Assembly (NCBI GenBank): GCA_001179505.1
Contig: CDMY01000882.1
Span: 1-13,121, forward strand
Length of the DNA stretch: 13,121 bases
Reading direction: 5' to 3'
From: Vitrella brassicaformis CCMP3155
Taxonomy: Eukaryota > Protista > Chromerida
The notes below the pieces were generated by a model that was not told the DNA's origin, ran no database searches, and saw nothing but the letters and a program-made list of their open reading frames with translations. Shown in pieces: positions 1 through 8,577 of this stretch; the first letter of the stretch is position 1, and every line of letters begins with the position of its first letter. The position numbers and the translations under genes are program-made.

Positions 1-306
1 CGCTGCTGCGGTGCGATTTTAGCCCTCCACCCACCGGCAGCACACACCTGTAAGAACCAGCTGACGTAGTCAGTTGATTTAGTTGGCCTGTCGTGTCTGT
101 CCTTGGTTCTCTTGGGCTTTGAAGTGGTTGTGTTGGGGTGGGTGAGAATCGATGGCTTCCTTGTCGGCCCCATGGAAGGCTTGGCCTTTTGCCACCCACT
201 GGCTGACTTGACTTCGTCGCCGGCCAAGCACGCAACGATTTGCGTGATGGACTGATGCCCCTGTGTGTGTTTATCGCGGCTGGGTGCGTGTATGACTCAG
301 ATGCGC
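1..306 (+). repeat. Left copy of a long inverted repeat, truncated by the window start; partner at 8578-8883
   Basis: 1-306 is the ungapped reverse complement of 8578-8883 (position i pairs with 8884-i). Manual alignment gives 7 substitutions (~97.7%). The ORF track echoes it: MRDGLMPLCVFIAAGCVYDSDA (240+) vs MRDGLMLLCVFIAAGCVYDSDA (8644-). Confidence 0.95.
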
Positions 307-789
307 TCATATACGGGGAGTCCGAGAGGAAACAGCGTGTGTGCCTGTCAGCCAGCCCCTCTTTGGCTGCAGGTGGTACTTCTCGATGGCGTGGAGGTCA
401 AAGCTCACTCAGCATGCAGCTCCTTTTGCCGTGGCTTGTTGGGTGGGGTAGGAGAAGGGCAGGCATTTTGCTGCATAATACGTGTCTGCGTGAGTATGCC
501 GATGGTATCAATCGGTTGACCGATAACAATGGGGGTCGACGGACTCGGTGACACTAGAACCGATCCACCATTTTAGCTGTCTTTGGCTGTGCTCAATTCT
601 CCCTCGGCGTTTTCTGCCTGGCCATGGTCACTTTATGTTCCTGCTGGGGGCTGCGTGGGTGTATGGTGGCTGGCAGTCATGCCCTTGTTGGTACTAGTAC
701 TCTGTCATGGTGGCTTCGGCCGGTGACTGTCTGGGCGGTGGCTGCCTCGCGCCTTGGCGTGACGGTCGACTCACAACGAGGGGGACACG

Positions 790-1022
790 AGAATTGCATT
801 AATTGAGTGATCGACTGTGCTGTGACAGCTATTTACATATTCGTCTCTCGCATATATGCATTCATGTGTCTGACATTGAAGCGTGAGTGAAACGCATTTA
901 CGCATTTACGCTTTGGCTCGCTTTTTTGATCGCGCTCTCTCTTTCATTCTCCGTTGGAATAAAGTTTTTTCTCTGAGTTGAATATCTCCATTGCTCTTCT
1001 TTGAGGACGGTCACAAGCGGCG
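790..1022 (+). promoter_or_regulatory. Putative promoter/5' UTR of the CCp3-like gene
   Basis: AT-richer stretch directly upstream of ATG 1023, including a short direct repeat ACGCATTT-ACGCATTT-ACGC (892-911) and a T/C-rich tract. Support is positional only. Confidence 0.3.
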
Positions 1023-1091
1023 ATGATGACTCGCGTGTGGCGTGTTTGGCTCATCACTCTGCTGACGGTGCTTGTCACTCGTGCGGCTGCC
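1023..1091 (+). other. Signal peptide coding region
   Basis: MMTRVWRVWLITLLTVLVTRAAA followed by QEAEEG: basic N-region, hydrophobic core, AxA cleavage site. Confidence 0.85.
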
Positions 1092-3078
1092 CAAGAGGCC
1101 GAGGAGGGACGTGAGTGGTGAGTCACTCAGTCAGTCACTCACTCAGTCGGTCAGTCCATCACACTCTCTTTCATCTCACAGGTGTGGTGCTGCGGCCGAA
1201 GAGGCATTGCCTGCCTGGGACTACTGCGCTGACGGTGGCAATCCCGTGACCGTCGAGGTCAAGGCGGTGAGTGGCCCGAACCTCGACCCTTCCAGTGACG
1301 TCTTCCTCAAGCTCGTCGGCACCGAAGGAACAACACAAGACATCCGAATCGCAAGTGAGTATGTCACACACACAATGACAGTCTTTCACTCGGCCGCTCA
1401 CTGTCTGCCTGTGTGATGGATGCGTGTCAAGGTGAGGAGGGCGGCACCAAGCGTCGGGTGCAGACGAGTGCGGCTGATGTTGGGCCGCTGGAGGCGGTGA
1501 TAGTGCGGAGCGACAGCAAAGACAAGGCGGCTCACTGGCGCTGCAAGACCATCACCGTCTTCAGCTACTACCGATGGTTCCAGTGCGGCTGCACCGACGA
1601 ACTCTCCGCCGCATCACCATCAGCCGTACGTAACTAACGCATCAGACAGGCGTCCATGCGCACCATGTCTGTCTGTGTGTTGTGGTCAGGAGTACACGTT
1701 GAGTGCGAGTGAGCCCTACGAGGTCACCATCGAAACGGGCGGAGACGACAAAGGTCAACCACACACACACAGCACAACACAACACAACACATGAAGGAAT
1801 GAGTGCACTTCCCTCTCTGTGTCTCTGTGTGTGTGTGTGTGTGTGCAGCGAGTACACAGGGCAGCATCACCGGCGGCACGTCTGCTCACGTGCGCATCCG
1901 GGCGACCAGTGTGGGCAAGATCAAGGCCATCCGCCTCACCAACACGGCCGCAGACGACCCGTGGTTCTGTGACACTCTCAAGCTCAAGCGCCAGGACGGC
2001 AGTGCCGTGAGCTTCCGCGTGCGGCGATGGATCGGCACACCGTACCCCACGACGGCAGAGGTGGGGCTGGGCGAGGAGTCCGGCAGCTGTCACATCAGCT
2101 GCCGGACTCGACTCATCGGTGCCACGGGCAGCACGACACCAGAGGGCCCCAACATGATCAAAGTAACCACACCTGCCGGCCTGCCTGCCCGACACACCTG
2201 ACACATGGATCTCTCTGTTCTGTGTGTGTCATGTGTCTGTTGTGCCGGTCAGGTGTTGTGTCCGTCCAACTACCAGGCAGACGAGGCGCAGTTTGTGTCC
2301 TCGTCCATCTGCGGCGCCACTCTCATCGTCACGGTTTGCAACCACACCAACCACACGCAGCAGCAAAAATACATCACTCTGTCTGTCTCTCTCTGTGTGT
2401 GTGTGTGTGTGCGTGCAGGAGGTCTCTTCATTGGGGACTTTGGGTGAGTTCACGGAGGCGAGTGCCCGGAAGGCGTGTCGGGATATGGGCTGTCATGACG
2501 TCGAGGGGGAGTACTACTGCGCCGTGGCCATGGGCGGCATCCACTGCAAGGGCGACGAGGAGAGCTTCCTCAAGTGCACCTTCGACGTCAAGTGCACCTT
2601 TGGCGCCAACCACATCTTGGACGTGGCCGTCATGTGCACCAACAACCCGCCCGCCAAGACACCCGCCAAGGGCACGCTGCGCATCCTCTCCGCAGCCGGC
2701 GCACACGCCAACGAGGGACGACTCGAGGTGAGAGAGCTAGTGAGGTCGTGGGCATGATCACACACACATACACACACATTCACGCCACGATTTCAATGAT
2801 ATGTCATCCATCTCCATCTCCATGTGTGTGCGTGTGTGTGTAGGTGTATCTGCCGAGCCGTGACCTGTCCAAGTGGTGGTCGACAGTGTGCGACGACAAC
2901 TGGATGGCCGCGAGTGAGCGCATCGCCTGCCTCCAGATGGGCTACGCGGGTGCAGCCAGGGGCGGCGCACACAAAGAAAGCTGCACCGACTACAAAGGAG
3001 TGAACGTATGCGGACCCGCCGGCACAAGGTCAATGCACCACTCACAAAATGGACAGAGAGAGAGGCAGATATGAATGT

Positions 3079-3109
<31 letters not shown>

Positions 3110-6100
3110 GTTTCAGGATTATCTGCCTGATGGACTTCATGTGCGACGGCAGCGAATCACAACTCCTCCAATGCCCATACGTAATTACGTGGACATCCGA
3201 CACACAACACACACAAATGCATCATGCATTTGTGTGTGTCCATCCCTCCATTCCGTTCATCTGTCATTCAGACGACGGGCAGCGACATTTACTGCTCCCA
3301 CGACGAGGACGTTGTCGTGTCGTGTGAGGGCGACAACGGCGATCCCTCGGGCAGCGGACTGCACCAGAAAGACCCCCCGCCCACATTCGTCCACTACTCA
3401 TTCCCCCCCAAGACAAAACTCACTTGCTCCGACACCATCGCCAGCAAGGTAGGTCCACACACACACACAGAGAGAGAGAGAGGAAATGCATGTGATATGT
3501 GTGTGTGTTGATGCAGCTTGGCGGCGGTGGGTTGGTGGGCACCACAGTGGTGGCGACGTGTGAGGGCAGCTGCAGTGATGCAGGGGTCCAAGTGGTGGGG
3601 ACGCTCATCTACAGCGAGGCATCCCCCGTCTGCAAGGCTGCCGTCCATGCTGGCGTCATTGGCGACGGCGGCGGCGACGTCACCCTCACCCTCAAGCACC
3701 CCATCCACCATTACACCGGTCAGTCAGTCTGCCTCACACACACCACACCACACTCGTGGACTGTGTGTGTGGATGTGTGTCGTGGATGCAGGCACTAAGC
3801 GAGGCGAGATCACTTCTGTGTCGGCCGACATCGACGGCAGCAAGAGCTTTGTCGTCTCACGCCCGACGCCAAACGTGCTGGCGCGCCTTGCCGAGACCAA
3901 GCAGCCGCACTATGCCGGCGTGGGCGTCCCCCCTCCCACCACAAGCACAGCCACGACGGCCACGTCCTTCATGGAGGTCAGTGCCACGTCTGCCGCTGCG
4001 CCCACCGCTCTGCCGCACCCGCGGTACGCGCCCGTTGGCTGGCACGGATTCAATGGCGACAACTGGATCGCCGCCAGCGACCTGCCGGGTACAGTACCCT
4101 CACCCCGACACAACACAACACAGCCAACGACACTCCACTGCACTCGTGTGTGTGTGCGTCAGATGCTGACAAGGTGCGTGGGCTGACGAGCTTCTCGGTG
4201 GCGTGCCGTGTGCGTGTAATGGGCGAGCACACACACCGAATCAGCAACGGCTTCAGCCAGTGCAACGGCTTCAGCCTTAGTGTGGGTGACAACGACGAGC
4301 TGGTGTTCGACCAGATCTGCAGCCCATCGCCCGGCGTGACGTCGGGCAGCCGTGTCACCTACTTCCAACCAGGTCAACCACAATCCATCCAACACACACA
4401 CACACACACACGTGTCTGTGTGTCCATGTGGTTAACCAACGATGCAGAGAAGTATGTGGCCATGTACGTCAACGGCCTGGCCACCGACTTCGAGTTCGAG
4501 CTGACCACCCGGCTGGCCATCGGCCGCCTGAGTGGCGACATCACGGCCGTCCACATATACGACTATGTCCTCTCACAAGACGACGTCAACAAGGTGACTG
4601 ACTGACCACACGTGTGAGCGCATCACACGTATCACATCACACTCCCTCTCTGTGTGTGTGTGTGTGTCAGGACATGGACATGTCGTTTGAGCATCCCTTT
4701 GGCGGTGTGGGCACCTCCCGCCGACACACGACCGACGGCCGTCTCTGCACATCTCCGTGCAAGACCTCCCCGCCCCCTCCCGCCACATGCAACGTGACGA
4801 CCGACTCGCTCGGCGGCGGGCGCGTGTCGATGCGCCGGCCGCACCCGCGATACGGCAAGCTCACCACTCGTGTCCTCTTTGGAATCCGCGAGAAGTCAGT
4901 TTCGGCCAGCCCTGCAGGCAGGCACTTCCCGGCATCCATTGTGCAGGACCTCAACGATGTCAGAGGTCAGCCAGCCCATCACCCACAACAGATACAGACA
5001 CACAGACGTGTCTGTGTCTGTCAGAGTATGAGCACAATAGTGGTGGGCAGGGCATGGACGACTCTGACGTCTCGCCGAAGTTCGGTCCCTCCTTAGGCTT
5101 CGGAAAGTCAACGGTACAGACAGACAGACAGACAGAGGCATGGCTGTGCTGCTGTGTTGTGCACAGGGTGTGATCCCTTCTGTCGGCGCGATCGTCCCCG
5201 CGTGGTTCAACGAGATGGTGGTGCGGCCGATCCAGACTCAATGTGCGTAAGGAGATGCGTACACTACACAGGCACACACACATGATTGTTGTTTGACTGC
5301 GTGTGCCTGTGTAGTGTGGCTGCCACGCGTTACCAGGACCCCCACTGACACCACCACCACAGCCACAGCCACAGCAACCACCGCCACGGCCCCGGCCACC
5401 ACCCCTGCCACAGCCACCAACAGAAACCAGCGTCGCAGGGGCAGGCGCGGCCGACGAGGGGGGGGTGCCGTCGGTCAGGTCCGTCGGTTCGTCGATAGAA
5501 CCATCGTCAATCCGGGCGAGACCGAAGAACAGAGAGGTGAGTCGACTGAAGTGACACACGCCACATCATACTCATATCTCTCATGTCTGTCTTTGTCTCT
5601 CTGTGCGTGTGTGTGTGAAGTCGCGAGACACATTCGTCAAACAGCACTTCGAGCGTATAGAGAAATCACCGCAACCCCCGGCTTCAGATTTACGACTGTC
5701 AACATCCACACAACCCCCCCCACAAAAGACACCGACACACATGAGATGTCACGGTGGTGTTTGGTGTGTCAGATAACTGCAGAGGCGCTCGGATGGGAGC
5801 TGCACGACGCGACCCGCGCCCGGGCACCGGCCGGTGCCCGGCGCATGGCCGTTGCCTTCCAGATAACCCCGAGGTGGGACACGCAGCATGCACACGTACA
5901 CACTAGGCACAGCTGCCTCACGCCGAGTGAAACGTTGATGTGTCTCCTCTCGCTGCACAAGGGCGGCCGGATATTTTGAAGTCATGGAGAATCGAGATCT
6001 GACCGAGCAAGAGCTGGACGCCATCAATCGCTTCTTGCAACAGCTGGTGGCGGCGGCAGGTAAGGACACACACGGTAACACACATAACCCTTGTATGTGT

Positions 6101-6364
6101 ATGCCCGTGTGTGTGTGTTTTTTTGTTCAGACGCGTGAAGCGCACTCATCCCACACTCCACACCAACACTCAACCTCGTCAGCTCCGCACGTGCCACAGA
6201 CACGACACAGAGAGACAGACACACCAGCACAACAATGAATGCAGCCGTGTCTGTGTGTGTGCGTATGTGTGTGTGTGCAGGTGTTTGGTTCGACGCTGAC
6301 TGAGTCCAATGCCGACATCGTCTCGTGGGGCATCGACGACGTCACAGTGCACCTGCAGCAGTGA
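1023..6364 (+). CDS. CCp3: Secreted LCCL/scavenger-receptor multidomain adhesin, CCp3/PxSR/LAP1-like, divergent and possibly degenerate. Exons: 1023-1117, 1182-1354, 1432-1625, 1690-1753, 1849-2162, 2253-2333, 2419-2727, 2844-3028, 3117-3180, 3272-3448, 3517-3718, 3792-4088, 4163-4372, 4448-4593, 4671-4965, 5025-5113, 5167-5242, 5315-5536, 5621-5697, 5773-5873, 5962-6059, 6131-6177, 6281-6364
   Basis: Manual GT-AG model with 22 introns of 53-116 nt; all phases are consistent. It gives 1158 aa to TGA 6136-6138, or 1199 aa to TGA 6362-6364 if that stop is read through. Contains a signal peptide, PLAT, SRCR, LCCL and pentraxin motifs (below). The order PLAT-LCCL-SR-SR-LCCL-pentraxin matches the CCp3 family as I recall it. 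Exons after ~4966 are less certain, and the symbol denotes family likeness, not proven orthology. Confidence 0.75.
1244..2040 (+). other. Two PLAT/LH2 domains (exons 2-5); the second is internally shortened
   Basis: First: VTVEV..SDVFLKLVGTEGTT..DVGPLEAVIV..HWRCKTITV. Second: YEVTIETG..ASTQGSI..SVGKIKAIRLTN..DPWFCDTLKL..SFRVRRWIG. Both fit the PLAT pattern. Confidence 0.8.
2419..3330 (+). other. Two scavenger-receptor cysteine-rich (SRCR) domains (exons 7-10); first partial, second complete
   Basis: SR1: ARKACRDMG..IHCKGDEESFLKC..DVAVMC. SR2: GRLEV..WSTVCDDNW..IACLQMGY..FMCDGSESQLLQC..CSHDEDVVVSC. Confidence 0.9.
3517..3860 (+). other. Intact LCCL domain (exons 11-12)
   Basis: CEGSCSDAGVQVVGTLIYSEASPVCKAAVHAGVIGDGGGDVTLTLKHPIHHYTG/TKRGEITS..SFVVS matches the C-xxx-C..GT.IY...S.VC.AAVHAG LCCL signature. 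Confidence 0.92.
4030..4593 (+). other. Pentraxin/LamG-like (concanavalin A-like) domain (exons 12-14)
   Basis: GWHGFNGDNWI..LTSFSV..FSLSVGDNDELVF..VAMYVNG..LAIGR..GDITAVHIYDYVLSQDDV. Confidence 0.75.
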
Positions 6365-6975
6365 ATCGACGGACGGATGAATGGATGGACTGACTGACAC
6401 AGAACTGACTGACAATACGATAGATGCATGGGCGATGGTGGAAGTGAAAGACGAATTAATGGCGGTGCATGATTGTGCATTCAATCGATTCACGTCACAA
6501 CACACACAAAAGTCACACCAGCAGGCCATCAGTCCAACACACAACACAATATATACAGGCCTCGCATGCAGCAGCAGACGTACAGAAAATTGTTGAATGG
6601 ATGTCTTGATGCCTCAGCGTCGGTCGATGGCCTGCCTGACAGACGGACCATTTGCATGCGTCTGCGTGATGATCAATTGCTCGTGTCTATCCATACCAAG
6701 AGTCTTCACTCACTCAAGTGCACACACATACACGTGCATACATACCCACAGAGAGAGAGAGAGAGTGTGTGTGTGCACCCCGTCCGCCATGATGCACACC
6801 CCCATACGGAAAAACCCTTCCTGGCTGCCTGGCTGTCTGTCTGTCTGTCCTGCTACCCATTCACCGCTCTCCCTCCCCCCGCGCGCCACACCATGCCCCC
6901 CAGCACAATCGTCACGGCAGTGCACGCGATGCACCCGATGCTCATGGGAAAGCGACAAAACGGTAAAGCCCGCGA

Positions 6976-8157
6976 TTACATTATGGTGCATCTACTCGTG
7001 TTAGGCGATACCTCCAAACTAGATAACCAATTTCTGTCGTGGTGCCACACCATTGTCCCCAGCTCATCCCCCAGTATTCTCATCACGGTAGCGTACATCT
7101 TGTCGCGAGGGGCCGACTCGGTCGCGTAGATACGAACACGGCTCTCCCTCAATACGATCACTGCCATGTGCCCCTCGCCCAGCACCTCACTGCCCAACAC
7201 CACCAGCCGCTGCTCATGCCTCTTCTCGTCATCCATCCTGTCGAATACGGCGACCCCCGCCCCCCACTTTGCCGCATTGCCGGGAGAGGCAGCAAGCAGC
7301 GCTTTCACACGCCGGCTGGTAGCAGAGGCATCACAGTGCGACCACCAATCTCTGAAGTTGCGGATGCTTTCGCTGGGTAGCCAGCGAAACAGGACGATTG
7401 CCACCATGGATGTGTAGGTGGGGTAGAATAGGGAGTTGGGGCGTGTCCAGCAGTTCTGCTGTGTGGGCGGGTCGGCGGGATCGAATACACGAGAGAAGTG
7501 GCGGGCAGAGTCGAGGAGGGTGACGGGAGAGTAGTCGCCGAGGTCACAAATCTTGTCGCCGTCCATCAGTCGGTGGCGAATGCGAGTAGGGAGAGTGACC
7601 CCCCAGAAGAGTATCCTCCACTGCCGGACGGCTTCCCTCTCACTCATAAATGCCGCCCGGCTGCCGAAGACACCGAAGTTGCCATCACTCAGCACCAGTG
7701 GCCTCTTGCCTCTCAGATGATACAGTATCTCCAGCACAGGTTTCCATCTGGCCCACTTGCCGCCCCTGCCGAGCATAAACAGCCGGCAGTTCAGCTGTTC
7801 GACGAGGCATGCGATGCAGCAGCCGTGGCTGAGTGCGGCAGGGAGGGGCAGCTGGGGGATGACGCAAACCAGCAAGCCACCGAGGCCGAGAGAGGGCAGC
7901 AGCACACCCAACAGGCGCTGCAGGATGGGTAGCATGACGGCTGGCGTGAGTGCGCCATGGCGGGTCTTGTCGATGCGGTGAAAGGCGCACAAGCCGGCGT
8001 AGCTGGTGATGAATTGGGCGATGGCCGGCATGACTGCAGCAGGGACGGCTGAGAGGGGAACGCCCTCTCGCCTTCGCTGCCTCCCACGTGTGACCAGCGA
8101 CACGTAGGCGAAGCATCCCGGGCGGGACGAGGATGTGCTAGACGTGGCAGCTCCCAT
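6976..8157 (-). CDS. Intronless 393-aa hypothetical protein with a predicted N-myristoylation site, an F-box-like segment and a C-terminal CaaX motif
   Basis: Long repeat-free ORF MGAATSS...SRCTIM-TAA. An in-frame TGA lies upstream of ATG 8157 in the same exon, which fixes the start. No catalytic motif recognised. Confidence 0.8.
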   Translation of the reverse strand: MGAATSSTSSSRPGCFAYVSLVTRGRQRRREGVPLSAVPAAVMPAIAQFITSYAGLCAFHRIDKTRHGALTPAVMLPILQRLLGVLLPSLGLGGLLVCVIPQLPLPAALSHGCCIACLVEQLNCRLFMLGRGGKWARWKPVLEILYHLRGKRPLVLSDGNFGVFGSRAAFMSEREAVRQWRILFWGVTLPTRIRHRLMDGDKICDLGDYSPVTLLDSARHFSRVFDPADPPTQQNCWTRPNSLFYPTYTSMVAIVLFRWLPSESIRNFRDWWSHCDASATSRRVKALLAASPGNAAKWGAGVAVFDRMDDEKRHEQRLVVLGSEVLGEGHMAVIVLRESRVRIYATESAPRDKMYATVMRILGDELGTMVWHHDRNWLSSLEVSPNTSRCTIM

Positions 8158-8186
8158 CGCCGTTGTCGGTCTTGAACTTCACAGAT

Positions 8187-8260
8187 CTGCCACAAACACA
8201 CAGACGTCACACAGGCTGTCATCGCCGATGACCTCCCTCCTCCTTCGCACCCTCTCTCAC
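8187..8260 (-). other. 74-nt 5' UTR intron of the 393-aa gene
   Basis: On the - strand: CCAG|GTGAGA...GTCTGTGTGTTTGTGGCAG|ATCTG. The acceptor is 29 nt before the ATG and matches the GU-rich acceptor style of the other introns. Confidence 0.65.
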
Positions 8261-8577
8261 CTGGATCTGTCCGAACGGCGTCACTCAGGGAGATGACGGC
8301 GGAATGGGTGTGGATCGATAGCATCACAGCAGCTCTTCGGGCGCTGCCAGAGGCTCCACACGTACGGCCCTGTTGTCACAAGGTGGAGGGGGAATCGCGG
8401 GACTTCTGCACGCCAAGCTCGCAGCGAGGCCCGAAGCATTTGAAGGCTATTAGGACACTCATCGAAGGCAAAAGGAATGCCAGAGAAGCAGATGAAGCAT
8501 CGAAATGCCGCAAACAGCTTCCATTTTCGTATGTCCAACGTGTGTCTGTCTGCTGTTGCATGTCTGCAGATCTCCCT

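Noticed and set aside
240-806. Short ORFs 240-551, 265-519 and 624-806 as genes
   Set aside because: They begin inside the repeat or its intron-like part and have no recognisable motif. At most they are uORFs or fragments.
1111-1116. First GTGAGT as the intron-1 donor
   Set aside because: It gives phase 1 and a stop in exon 2. The donor at 1118 restores REW-CGAAAEE.
5025-5096. Alternative exon-16 frame SMSTIVVGRAW..VPP-stop using donor 4959
   Set aside because: It cannot be excluded, but the chosen frame splices phase-consistently through seven more exons.
1171-6547. Minus-strand and alternate-frame ORFs over the CCp3-like gene, including CVCVCV/HTHTHT-rich ones
   Set aside because: They are shadows of GC-rich exons and translations of intronic (GT)n/(CA)n repeats.
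6473-7129. 218-aa + strand ORF
   Set aside because: It is built over microsatellites and the antisense of the 393-aa gene's 3' end, with no motif.
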